The translations under genes were made by a program, and so were the position numbers. From Mobula hypostoma (lineage: Eukaryota): a stretch of 64,000 nt of DNA. The notes beneath the pieces were generated by a model, which was given only the letters and a program-made list of their open reading frames with translations, made no database searches and was not told where the DNA came from. Below, one piece after another: positions 1 through 12,539 of the stretch; within the stretch, counting starts at the first letter, position 1; each line of letters opens with the position of its first letter. The DNA lies in contig NC_086097.1 of the NCBI RefSeq assembly GCF_963921235.1, forward strand, positions 7,192,001 through 7,256,000, given 5' to 3'.

Positions 1-1254
1 TGGGCATTTACAGGAAATATAAAAAAACAACAATAAAAGGCAAAATAATAATAAATCAGTAATAAATACCGGGTGGGAGGGGGCTGATGCTTCTGGTGTG
101 CTCGTGCAAAGGTTGAAGGATGGTGAAGGCTTTGGGGCTTCAATGTTTCTATTGTTCTACGGGATTTCTTTATTTTGAGGATGTCTGTGAAGATGATGAA
201 TTTCAGGTTTAATACCATATACATACTCTGATATTGAATGTACTTTGAAACCCTTGAAATACTGAGAACATGAGATGAAGAGTTCTTGAAAATGAGTCCT
301 TAGGTTCATTGTTGGGATGAGTGAAGTTATCCTCTCCAGTTCAGAAGCCTGATGGTTGAGGGGTAATAATTTTTCCTGAACCTGGCGGTGTGGGTCTTGA
401 GTCTCCTGTACTTCCTTCACTGTGCCCCATTGAGAAGGACTTCCATGAGTGAAGTTGCTTTCGGAAAAAAAAAACATTGCTCTTATTTCAAAAAAGTAGA
501 AATTTCACAGCTTTATTCTTGTTTTAATGGCTATTTCAAAGAGAGGCTTATCAGTAATTGTACTATTTGCCGTTACCAGACATACTAATGATAGCTCCTA
601 CATTCCTTCCATTTGTAATCGCATCACCATTCATTAAGGAACTCTGTACCAGCAGTCTCAGAATTTGAACACTGACTTGCTTAATGTCCTGTTATGCTCC
701 CTGTCATGATTTATACACTCGAAGCCAAATGAAAGCTCACAAAAGGAATGCACAGTATGCACAAGACTGATAAGAAAGTTTAAAATGTGCATCACTGAAC
801 AGGAAGGTGTGTGTGATTATTAAACAGTGTTCATTTTCTGACAGTGTGTTGCATGCATATCAAACTCTTTTTTTGCATTATGTTATCGCCCTGTCATTTT
901 GTTCCTTAAAAGCTGAAAATAAAAACAGTGAAGGTTTAGGTTTGAACTTTTCCTGTGTTATGTTATCTGCGTGGATGGGGAACATTCCTTTCTGCTTGAG
1001 TGGGTGATCTGCGGGTCTGTTTTTAACACCTATTTCATCAAAACCAGACTTGAACTGCAGCTGGACTTGGGGATGTACAGCTCTTGAATTGTTTAATTTC
1101 TCAGACCAATTTTACTGCCCAAGTAAACCTGTAAATTGTAAGTGGAAAGTTTGTGCACCCACATTCACTGCACTGAACTGCCAAAGCAAAGTCAGATTGT
1201 TTTACATCCATTTATACATACTAGTTAAATTCGATGATCGTGTGGGTCTGTTAA

Positions 1255-1800
1255 ATGGCACAGTAGTGCAGCGGTTAGCACTATACTTTGTAATTCCAGT
1301 GACCTGGGTTCAATTCCTGTTGCTGTCTGTAAGGACTTTGTATGTTCTCCACATGACTGCGTGGGTTTCTTCTGGGTGCTCCAGTTTCCTCCCACAGTTT
1401 AAAGGTGTACCGGATAGTAGGTTAATTGGTCATTGTAAATTGTCCTGTGAATACATAAATCAATAAATTTATAAAAGCAGTTTAAGATAAGTTTACATAA
1501 CTTAGAAAGCTTAGAACTTGTAGTATAGCGGTTAGTGTAATGCTATGACAGCTCAGGAGACTGGAGTTTGGAATTCAATCCCAACACCCTGGTTAAGGAG
1601 TTTCTGTACATCCTCCCTGTAGAAGCCTTGGGTTTTCTCCGGATGCTCTGATTTCCTTCCACAGTACAAAGATGTACCAGCTAGTAGGTTAATTGGCCAG
1701 TGTAAGCTGTCTTGTGATTAGGTTCGGGTTGAATTGGGTGTTGCTGGTCTGCGCGGCTCTAAGGACTGGAAGGCCCTGTTCCACACTGTATCTCTAAAAA
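1255..1800 (+). mobile_element. Two adjacent tRNA-derived V-SINE (HE1-like) copies
   Basis: A-box/B-box-like head (GGTTCAATTCC) and V-domain-like TTCTCC..TGACTGCGTGGGTTTC..GGGTGCTCCAGTTTCCTCCCACAGT. Similar copies near 13580-13770(-), 35650-36085(+), 40050-40295(+), 44120-44420(-), 58225-58485(-), 62772-63045(+). Confidence 0.75.
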
Positions 1801-2997
1801 GAAACTGATCAATATATTCAAGCCTGAAAGTCTTTTAAGTTAATTGTTAACTTATAAAACACTTTTTCTTAACTTGGAAAGGCCTTGATAAATAACCCTG
1901 GTTGCCAGAAAATGGTCAATACTAACCAAACAAAGCAACTGGCTTCAGAATAACACCTGTCCAGATGATTACTCAGTTGGTGAAGCTTAGGAAAAAAGAA
2001 TGGCAAAGTTTTCCTGTCTGAAATGTAGCTTTCCTCTTCTGACCCTTGAATTTATAACATTGCTTAGGCTTGGAGACTTTAAATTTGTTTGCAGATTATC
2101 CTGCCCCAGAAAACCACCATTCACAGTTGAAAACATCCCATATGAAAATTTCCCACTCCTGCCTCTGAGCCTCACTGCACATTATTACCCAATTCATACA
2201 CTGGGTGAATTTGACATTTACTGACCATCTCTAATGTCCCCTGTACTGAGGAGACAGTTATGAGTCAGCCAATATCCTGCTGAAAGTGTCTGATTGTTCT
2301 CCCTGAAGGAAGTTAATGAACCAGGTGGTCTTCTACTGCACACCTACACAAATGTTACTGAATATTCATAGCTTTATGGGTGGCAGTGTGAAGATACATC
2401 TTTACAAAAGGAAGTGTAAGGCGCTCCTGCCCTCCGCTAGCCTGTGGGTTACACTCGGGCAAAGAGTTGCACCTGCTTAGACCCCGACCAGGGTCATGTG
2501 AAACCATGGGTGCAGGCAGTGGGTGGTCGTATGAGCAGCTGGTGCACATCACAAGTCCTGGTTATGTTACTGCTGACGCCAGGCAGACAATCTTTGAAGA
2601 GTATTGACAATTGCCGGTGTCACCTGTCTTGTAAAAACTCTGCCCAGGTGAAAGCAATGGCAAACCACTTCTGTAGAAAAAATTTCCAAGAACAGTCATG
2701 GTCATGTGACCATGATCGCCCATGTTGAACAATGTGCCACTTAATGATGATGGTGATTTTTAACTTTAAGTTCCTTGATGTCAACATATCACAGAATCTG
2801 TCCTGGGATAAGCACATAGGTGACATAAACTCGAAGATTCAAAGTCAAAGTACATTTAGTATCAAATGTATGCAGTGTAAAACCTTGAGATTTGTCTTCC
2901 TTGCTGACCACCACAAAACAAAGAAACAGCATGAAACCTGTTCAAAGGACATCAAATCCCCAATGCAGAAAAAAAACAGAACTAGTCACGCAAATGG

Positions 2998-3218
2998 TGT
3001 GGTAAACCATGTATATATGTTGTAACTCGGTTACCTGTCTGGACACACACCTCTGCTGACTGCCCCTGTGGCTCCTCTGACTGCCCCTGCAGCTCCTCCC
3101 ACAGAGTCCTGTATAAAGGTGTTCGCCTTGCCCCTCCCCCTCAGTCCGGGGGCAGCGAATAAAAGCCTTTCAGTATTTTACCAAACCTCAGTCTTTTGGA
3201 GTAATTGAAGGTGCTTCG
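2998..3218 (+). repeat. 5' LTR of Mag-like element (221 bp)
   Basis: Matches 7218-7446 apart from 2 substitutions, an extra 21-bp tandem copy (3077-3097) and a 29-bp deletion at 3155/3156. Confidence 0.95.
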
Positions 3219-3244
3219 ATTTTATTCACTGTACATTTTAAAAC

Positions 3245-6200
3245 ATGGAACAGGCCCTGAGACCAGACAAACTAGACCGCCATCCACAAATGCCTGACCC
3301 TGAGACCAAACAAATTAGACCTCCATCCGCAAATGCCTGACGCTGGAAACGCTTTCGAACTCTGGCTGGCCTGCTTCGAAGCGTATCTAGAGGAGATTAA
3401 AGCGACCGACCCCGTAGCGAAGCACAGAGTTCTACTCTCCAGGGTCAGTCCACGGGTTTATTCGCTGATCAGAGACCAGCTGAACTACGACGGCGCGATG
3501 AACGCACTCAAAAGACAATACCTGCGGCCGATAAACAGCGTCTATGCTCGGCATCGCTTAGCGACACGGCAACAACGGTCCGGGGAATCGAGTGCTGAGT
3601 TTGTCCGGGCCCTACAGACGCTCGTGCGAGTCTGCAATTGCCAGGAGCTGACGGCGGCGCAGCATGCAGAACTCCTAGTGAGAGACGCCTTCGTTACGGG
3701 GTCCAGGTCAGTGTACTTGCGCCAGCGGCTGCTGGAAAAAGCCGATCTTACCCTAAGTTCGGCGATCGAGCTGGCTGATACGTTGGAGGCCACTCTGCAT
3801 AACTCCGAGACTCTCCAGGCACGCGATCCCCTGGTGGCCTCGTGGGCGCCGCAGACCCCGCAACCCGCCGGCAAATCGACCTCGGCTGCAGCCAGTCGTG
3901 AGTCCGCGAAGTGCTACTTCTGCAGACTGGAGAAGCACCCCCGGAAACGCTGCACGGCCCGACAAGCTACCTGCTCCAGCTGTGGAAAGAAGGGCCACTT
4001 CGCCAAGATCTGTAAGTCAAAACCGCGAACGGGATCGAGCAGCGCCGCGTGAGAGACGTGGGGGGTCGCCATCTTCCCTGCACGCCGCCACCACGTGCGA
4101 GACATGGGGGCGGCCACCTTGGTCGGCGCCACCTCCCACCGCCTACGACCAACGGGTGCTCACGGGCCACCCCACCGCGCCGGACCAAGACAGCGACCTC
4201 ACCTTGGCTTCCATGACCCTCGACCAAAGCGCTCCCCACCAGCTCGCAAGGTCAATGATGGACATCCTGGTGGAGGGGCACAGGACAAGCTGCCTGTTTG
4301 ACACAGGCAGCACGGGAGTTTTATCCACCCGGCCACGGTGCAGCATTGTGGACTCATGATACGGCCGGCAAGTCAGAGAGTCACCATGGCCTCCGGATCG
4401 CATACAACAGACATCCGGGCGGGGGGTTGTACAGCGACGCTAGTGGTGCAGGGCACAGAATATCGGGACTTTACGTTAGTCTTGCCTCAACTGTGTGCCC
4501 CTGTGCTGTTGGGGTTGGACTTCCAGAGCCACCTGAAAAGCGTGACAATGAAGTATGATGGGCCCCTCCCGCCAGTTACTGTCATAAATCCCCTGTTTTG
4601 TAGAGATATGTCACGTACCCCACTACTGACCACACACACACACCGACCCGCGCATCCCATCCAACATCATTCCAACTGCCACACTACCGACACCACTTGC
4701 GGCCTCTCCACCCTCAGGATCCCTCCCCCACCGCTGTTCGCCAACCTGACCCCCGACTGTAAACCTGTGGCAACTAAAAGCAGGAGGTACAGCGCGGGGG
4801 ACAGAGCCTTCATTAAGTCGGAGGTGCAGCGGCTACTCAGGGAGGGGGTCATTGAGGCAAGCACAAGTCCTTGGAGGGCGCAGGTGGTGGTTGTTCGGAA
4901 CGGGGAGAAGAATAGGATGGTCGTGGACTATAGCCAGACCATCAATAGGTTCACGCAGCTTGACGCGTACCCTCTACCCCGCATCGCGGATATGGTCAAT
5001 CAGATAGCACAGTACAAGGTGTACTCGACCATAGACCTAAAATCTGCTTACCATCAGCTCCCCATCCGCCGGGAGGACCGCCCTTACACTGCCTTCGAGG
5101 CCAACGGCAGGCTTTATCAATTCCTGCGCGTCCCCTTTGGTGTCACGAATGGTGTATCTGTCTTCCAGAGGGCAATGGACCAGATGGTGGACCAGTGCCA
5201 ACTGAAGGCCACGTTCTCATATCTGGATAACATCACCATCTGCGGTCACGACCAGCAGGATCACGACAACAACCTCCAAAAATTTCTCCAAGTGGCCAAA
5301 TCTTTCAACCTCACCTATAACAAGGACAAGTGTATATTTGGGACCACCCGACTTGCTATCCTTGGGTGTGTCGTGGAGAATGGAGTCATTGGCCCTGACC
5401 CTGACCGTATGCGCCCCCTGTTGGAACTCCCTCTTCCCAATACCCTCAGAGCCCTCAAAAGGTGCCTGGACTTCTTTTCATATTATGCCCAATGGGTCTC
5501 TAACTATGCAGACAAGGCCCGCCCCCTGGTCAAGTCCACCACATTCCCCCTCTCTGCCGAGGCCCACACGGCCTTCAACCGCATAAAAGGGGACATTGCC
5601 AAAGCAGCAATGCATGCGGTGGATGAGGCCATTCCCTTCCAAGTAGAGAGTGACGCCTCCGACTTTGCGCTGGCTGCTATCCTCAACCAGGCAGGAAGAC
5701 CAGTGGCGTTCTTCTCCCGTACCCTTCAAGGCTCTGAAATTCGGCATTCTGCGGTAGAGAAAGAGGCCCAGGCCATAGTGAAAGCTATAAGGCACTGGAG
5801 GCACTATCTTGCCGGCAAAAGGTTCACCCTGCTAACTGACCAGCGCTCAGTCGCGTTCATGTTTAATAATCAGCAGTGGAGCAAAATCAAAAATGATAAA
5901 ATTCTGAGGTGGAGAATCGAACTCTCCACCTACAACTATGACATCATGTACAGGCCTGGGAAGCTCAACGAGCCCTCCGATGCCCTATCCCGGGGAACAT
6001 GTGCCAGCGCGCAGATCGACTGGCTATACGCCCTACATGTAGACCTTTGCCACCCGGGAGTCACCCGGCTTTTCCACTTCGTGAAAGCCCAGAACCTGCC
6101 TTACTCCCTTGAGGAGATCAGGACGATGACCAGGGACTGCCAAATCTGCGCAGAGTGCAAACCGCACTTCTACCGACCCGAAAAGGCACCACTCATCAAG

Positions 6201-7148
6201 GCCACCCGCCCCTTTGAGTGACTGAGTGTTGACTTTAAGGGCCCCCTTCCCTCCACCGACCGCAATGTGTACTTTCTTAACGTAATTGACGAGTACTCGC
6301 AGTTCCCCTTCGCCATTCCCTGCCCCGACACCACTACCACGTCAGTTATAAAAGCCCTGCGCAAGCTCTTCACTCTGTTCGGATACCCATGCTATATCCA
6401 CAGTGACAGAGGGTCCTCGTTTATGAGTGACGAGCTGCGCCAATATCTACTGGCTAGGGGAATTGCAACCAGTAGGACCACGAGCTATAATCCCCGGGGG
6501 AATGGACAGGTAGAGAAGGAGAATGGCACAGTGTGGAAAGCCACACTCTTAGCCCTCAGGTCAAAGGGACTGCCGGTCTCCCGCTGGCAGGAGGTCCTTC
6601 CGGAGGCACTCCACTCCATCCGCTCCCTGTTATGCACAGCCACCAATGCCACCCCTCATGAGCGGCTCTTTGCTTTTCCCAGAAAATCAACCACTGGAAC
6701 CACCCTACCATCTTGGCTGACGTCCCCGGGGCCAGTGCTGCTTCGGAAACATACGAGGAGCAATAAATACTCCCCGATGGTCGAGAGGGTTCACTTACTT
6801 CATGCGAACCCCCAGTATGCCTACGTGGTTTTACCTGATGGGCAGGAGGACACGGTCTCCAGCCGCGACCTGGCGCCCGCAGGAGCTCCTGGCCCCTACC
6901 CTGAACACTCCGTGGTGACTATTGACCCCGTACCCACCAATGTATGTACCTACGAGACACCGTGCACCCCAAACCCTATACAGACACCACACGACACTCC
7001 CATACCGGGCGCGACGCACACGCACGAGGGATTACCGACGCCTAACGTGCTGGCACCTGAAGTCAGGCCGGAGCCAGCACAACCGCCATCGCCGGTGCTA
7101 CGTAGGTCACAGCGACGAACTCGACCGCCTGATAGACTTAAACTGTAA
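3245..7148 (+). pseudogene. gag-pol polyprotein of Mag-like element, disrupted
   Basis: ATG 3245 (MEQALRPDKLD); gag ORF 3333-4052 with CYFCRLEKHPRKRC and CSSCGKKGHFAKIC; protease LFDTGS in ORF 3898-4359; RT/RNase H in ORF 4338-6221 (PFG, YLDN, SDASD, TDQ); integrase HHCC then VDFKGP, HSDRG and VEKEN through ORF 6267-7148. Lesions: 43-bp duplication 3255-3340, TGA 4050, +1 G near 4061-4065, -1 near 4315, in-frame TGA 6219-6221. Confidence 0.93.
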
Positions 7149-7217
7149 ATATACTTCTTGTAAATATTGTCAGTCACTTCACCCCGCGGGACTCTTTTTA
7201 AATAAAGGAGGGGTGAA

Positions 7218-7446
7218 TGTGGTAAACCATGTATATATGTTGTAACTCAGTTACCTGTCTGGACACACACCTCTGCTGACTGCCCCTGTGGCTCCTCCCA
7301 CAGAGTCCTGTATAAAGGTGTTCGCCTTGCCCCTCCCCCTCAGTCCGGGGGCAGACACTCACTGTGGAGGTCATATTGTACAGCGAATAAAAGCCTTTCA
7401 GTATTTTACCAAACCTCAGTCTTTTGGAGTAATTGAAGGTGCTTCA
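7218..7446 (+). repeat. 3' LTR of Mag-like element (229 bp)
   Basis: TG...CA termini, TATAAA 7311-7316, TCAGT initiator-like motif 7340-7344, AATAAA 7386-7391; preceded by the PPT. Confidence 0.95.
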
Positions 7447-7759
7447 AATGGCAAAAAAAGCAAGTGAAAATCACAGAATATAAAACATTAAACCACATCG
7501 AAACAATCTAGGAACGTTCAGTTCTGTTCAGTTCAGTGCTGACTTTCATAGAGTCATGGAACACTGCCTCACCGAAGCAAGCCCTTCAGCCCATCTAGTC
7601 TGTGCTGAACTATTGATTTGCCTAGTCCCATCGACCTGAACCTGGACCATTGTCCTCCATACCCCTCCCATCCGTGTATCTATCCAAATTTCACCTTTCA
7701 TCCTTAACTCAGGCGTTGGCTCTGAGTAAGCTCCTGTTAGGGTCCCCTTTTTTTTAACT

Positions 7760-10700
7760 CTTACTGTAGCTAGGGTAGTAAATGGTTGTTGTGTGATCTT
7801 CATGTCAGATGTTGGAGTTCTGGGAAACCCAGAGTCTCCCAGGGAATACATCTGCATGAAGTGCATCTGGCTGCAGCTCCTTGAAGACCATGCTAGGGTC
7901 TGGAGCAGCAGCGGGGTCACCTTCAGCTTGTACGGGAGAATGAGGAGATAATTGATCAGAATTATAGGGAAACAGTCACCCCGAAGTTGCAGGAGGTGGG
8001 TAGCTGGGTGACTGTCAGGAGGAATGGAAATGACAATAGGCAGTTAGCGCAGAGCACCCGTGTGGCCATTCTCCTGAAAAATAAGTGTAGCATTTTGGCT
8101 ACTTTCGTGGGGGATGACCTCCATGGGAAATTCCACAGAGACTGGGTTACTGGCACTGAGAATTGGTCCATGGTGCAGAAGGGAAAGAGGGAGAAGAGGG
8201 GAGCCGTAGTGATAGGGGGCTCAATAATCAGAGGAACAGATAGGAGGATCTGTGGATGAGAACGGGACACCAGAAAGGTAGGTTGCCTCACAGGTGCCAG
8301 GGCTGGGGACGTCTCAGCTCGTGTTCACAACATTTTGGAGAGGGAAGGAGACCTGCCAGATGTCTTGGTTCACATTGGTACCAATGGCATAGGAAGGAAA
8401 AGCAAAGAGGTCCTGAAAAGAGAATTTAGAGAGCTGGTTAGAAACCTGTCAAGCAGGACCTTCCAGTAGTGATTTCTGGATTGCTGCCTGTGCCATGCAC
8501 CAGTGAGGCTAGAAACAGGATGATTTTCCAGATAAATGCCTGGCTGAGAAGCCGGGTTGGAAACAGAGGGGATCGATATCCTCTTGGGCAGGTTTGTTAG
8601 AACTGTTGGAGAGGGTTTTAATTAATTTGGCAGGGGGTAGAAATCGGAGTGACAGGACCCAGGATGGTAAAAAAAGCAGAACTCAAAGTGTTTAATCTCA
8701 ATGCATGGAGTAGAAGAAATAAGGTGGATGATCTTGTTGCACTATTACAGATTGTCAGGTATGATGTGGCCGTCACTGAATTGTGGCTGAAGGATTGTTG
8801 TAGTCCGACCATCAGGAAGGGCAGGCAGATGACAGGACAAAATTGCAGCCAGCGGGGTGAGTATCAGTGCATTAGAGATGCAGAATCAAAAAGAGTAGCA
8901 AATACAGTACTCAAAGTGTTATATCTCAATGCACAGAGCAGAAGAAATAGGGTGAATGATCTTGTTGCACTATTACAGGTTGTCAGGTATGATGTGGCCG
9001 TCACTGAATTGTGGCTGAAGGATGGTTGTAGTTGGGAGCTGAATGTCCAAGGTTACGCATTGTACCAGAGGGATAGGAAAGTAGGCAGAGAGGTTGGCGT
9101 GGTTCTGCTGGTGAAGAATGGCATCAAATCAGTAGAAAATGTGACATAGGATCGGAAGACGTTGGATCTTTGTGGGCTGAGTTAAGAAACTGCAAGGGTA
9201 AAAGGACCCTGATGGCAGTTATATCCAGACCTCCCAACAGTAGTGGAAATAGAAAGGAGTGTTGAAAGAACAATGTTATGGTAGTCATGGGAGATTTCAA
9301 CATGCAGATTGAAAATGGATTTCAAGAGAGTGAGTTTGTTGAATGCCTATGGGATGGCTTTTAGAACAGTTTGTCATTGAGCCTACTAGGGGATCAGCTT
9401 TACTGGATTGGGTGTTATGTAATGAACCAGAGCTCAAGGTAAAAGAGCCCTTAGGAGGCAGTGATCACAATGTGATTGAGTTCAAATTGAAACTTAACAG
9501 GGAGAAGGTAAAGTCTGACCTAGCAGTATTTCAATGGATAAAGGAAATTACAGTGGTATGAGAGAGGAGTTGGCTCAAGTAAATTGGAAGGAGATGCTGG
9601 CAGGGATGACGACAGAGCAGCAACGGTGTGAGTTTCTGGGAAAAATGAGGAAGGTGCAGGATAGATATATTCCAAAAATGAAGAAATACACAAATATCAA
9701 TATAGTACAACGTTGGCTGACAAGGGAAGTCAAAGCTAATGTGAAAACAAAAGAGAGGGCATACAGCAAAGGAAAAATTAGTGGGAAGATGGAGGTTTGG
9801 GAAGCTTTTAAAACCCTACAGAGAGCAACAAAAAGAATGAATAGGAGGGAAAAGATGAAATATGAAAGCAACTTAGCAACAATATCAAAATGAATAGTAA
9901 AAGTTTTTTCAAATATGTAAAAAATAAAAGAGAAATGACAGTGGATATAGGACCACAAGAAAATGAAGCCAGAGAAATAATAATGGGAACAAGGAGATGG
10001 TTGTTGAATCAAATGAGTATTTTGCATCAGTCTTCACTGTGGAAGACACTAGCAGTGTGCCAGATGTTGAATGTTGTGAGGGAAGAGAAGGGAGTGCAGT
10101 TACTATTACAAGGGAGAAAGTATTCAAAAAGCTGAAAGACCCAAGGGTACATAAGTCACCCAGACCGGCTGAACTGTACCCAAGGGCTCTGAAAGAGGTA
10201 GCAGTAGAGATTGTGGAGGCATTAGTAATGATCTTTCTAAAAACATTGGAATCTGGAATGGTGCCAGTAGACTGGAAAATTGCAAATGTCACTCCACTCT
10301 TTAAGAAAGGAGGAAGGCAGCAGACAGGAAATTATAGACCAGTTAGTCTGATCTCAGTGTTTGAGAAGATGTTGGAGTCAATTGTTACGGATGAGGCTAC
10401 TTGGTAACACAGGACAAGATAGTACAAAGTCAGCATGGTTTCCTTAAGGGAAAATCTTGCCTGATGAACCTGTTGGAATTCATTGAAAAGATTACACGTA
10501 GGATAGTTAAAGGGGATGTAATGGATGTTGTATATTTGGACTTTCAGAAGCCTTTGACAAGGTGCCACACATGAGGCTGCTTACCAAGTTAAGAGTCCAT
10601 GATATTACAGGAAAGTTATTTGCATGGTTAGACCATTGGCTGATTGGTAGAAGGCAGCAACTGGGAATAAAAGGATTCTTTTCTGTTTGTCTGCCAGTGT

Positions 10701-11675
10701 CTAGTGGTGTTCCACAAGGGTCAGTGTTGGAACTGCTTCTTTTTATGTTGTATATAAATGATTTAGATGATGGAACAGATGGCTTTGTTGCCAAGTTTGC
10801 AGATGATATGAAAGTTGGTGGAGGGGCACATATTTGAGGAAACAGGTAGGATGCAGAAGGACTTAGACAGATTAGGAAAACGGGCAAGAAAATGGAAAAT
10901 TAAATACAATGTTGGAACTTTGGTAGAACAAGTAAATGTGCAGACTATTTTCTATACAGTGAGAAAATCTAAAAATCTGAGATCCAAAGGGACTTGGGAG
11001 TCCTTGTGCAGAACACCTTAAAGGTTTACTTGCAGGTTGAGTCGGTGGTGAGGAAGGCAAATGCAATGTCAGCATTCATTTCAAGAGGTCTAGAGTACAG
11101 GAGCAGGGATGTGATGCTGAGGCTTTATAAGGTGCTGGTGAGGACTCATCTTGAGTATTGTGAACAGTTTTGGGCTCCTCATCTAAGAAAAGATGTGCTG
11201 CATTGGAGAGGGTTCAGAGGAAGTTCACAAGGATGATTCCAGGAATGAAAGGGTTACATAAGAGTTTGATAACTCTGGATCTGTACTCGATGGGGGGAGG
11301 GGGGATCTCAGTGAAAGCTTTCGAATTTTGAAAGGCCTAGACAGAGTAGATATGGAAAGGATGTTTCCCATAGCGGGGTAACCTAAGACAAGAGGGCACA
11401 GCATCAGGAGAGAGGGGATCCATTTAAAACAGAGATGCAGAGAAATGTATTTAGCCAGATGGTGGTGAATTTGTGGGATTTATTACAGCAGACAGCTGTG
11501 GAAGCTCGGTCGTTGGGTGTATTTAAGACAGAGTTTAATAGGTTCTTGATTGGACATGACATCAAACAAAGGTCACAGGGAGTGGGGCTGAGGAGGGGGA
11601 AAAGGATCAGCCAGATTGAATGCAGTGCAGACCCGATGGGCCAAATGGCCTAATTCTGCTCCTATGTCTTATGGC
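7760..11675 (+). mobile_element. Near full-length degenerate CR1 LINE (ORF1 zinc finger/esterase, ORF2 APE endonuclease and RT)
   Basis: ORF1 remnants (VIGGSIIRG, VHIGTN); endonuclease motifs YLNAQS, VTELWL, GSDH; RT motifs NYRPVSL, GVPQGSVL, FADD; CR1-type 3' end CTAATTCTGCTCCTATGTCTTATGG. Many stops and frameshifts. Confidence 0.9.
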
Positions 11676-12539
11676 TCCTGAACCAGCATGGGTAACTGCA
11701 ATCATCACTACTCTGAAATGATTCTCTGACCTACCGACTCACTTTCAATGATTCTTTACAAATCATGTTTTCAGTATTATTATTGTTTACACACTCTATC
11801 TTCTTTTTGACATTACAACTGGTGTTTTTCTGTCTTTGTTTATGCATAGTTTGTCATAAAATTCAATAGGATTTTTTCTCCTGTAGATCCCTGAAAGAAA
11901 TGGATTCTGAAGATAGGGTAATGGAACATACATATTCTTTTACGATAAAAAGTACTTTGAACTTTGAGCTTTGACATTCCGTTATCAAAGTCTCTGCTGC
12001 TGCAATGGACAATGATTACAGACCTGTCATCTCATGGGCTCATTAAAAACAAAAGAACTCCACATAATGCTGATTCTGAAGATGTTGGTGATTCTGTGGT
12101 GACCATCACTGACATGAGCCTTTTATTTCAGATTTATTTGTTGACTACAATATAAATTCCTTACTGTGTACTGTGGTGAGAATGGAAGCTGTATCTCTCG
12201 ATTAATGGTCTAGGACCCTGAATACCAATTTAACAACTTAACTGCTATGATATTGGACCCTACTGGATGTGCAATTTATGCTGACATCAATAAAAACGTC
12301 GATGCTGCCAAAATTGTTGCCCTTGGATGACCGTTAAAAACATGGCCAGACCAATCCCCTCCAGAAGACATAACAGATCTTTCTCCAGAAATGTGAAGGG
12401 TGAGATGTGATCTATTGAGGTCTTTAAATTTGTGTAGTTTTTTTATGGGATAGCTGTACTCATGGTGAGTGTGTGATAAATTAATTCAAGGTTCAAGATT
12501 GTTTAATATCATTTCCTGTACTTAAGTCTAAAGGAGAAC

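Larger units (their letters stand above)
2998..7446 (+). mobile_element. Full-length Ty3/Gypsy LTR retrotransposon, Mag-like, inactivated
   Basis: Seen: direct LTRs 2998-3218 and 7218-7446 (TG...CA; the 5' copy ends CG), 5-bp TSD AATGG at 2993-2997 and 7447-7451, PPT AAAGGAGGGGTGAA at 7204-7217, domain order gag-PR-RT-RH-IN. Two CCHC knuckles in gag suggest the Mag clade (inference). Confidence 0.96.
2835..7545 (-). repeat. Short interspersed repeat (2835-2997 plus 7452-7545) split by the Mag-like insertion
   Basis: The joined flanks align by eye with an uninterrupted copy at about 46975-47190 (TCATGCAAACGGCAAAAAG, target present once), which corroborates the TSD. Confidence 0.7.
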
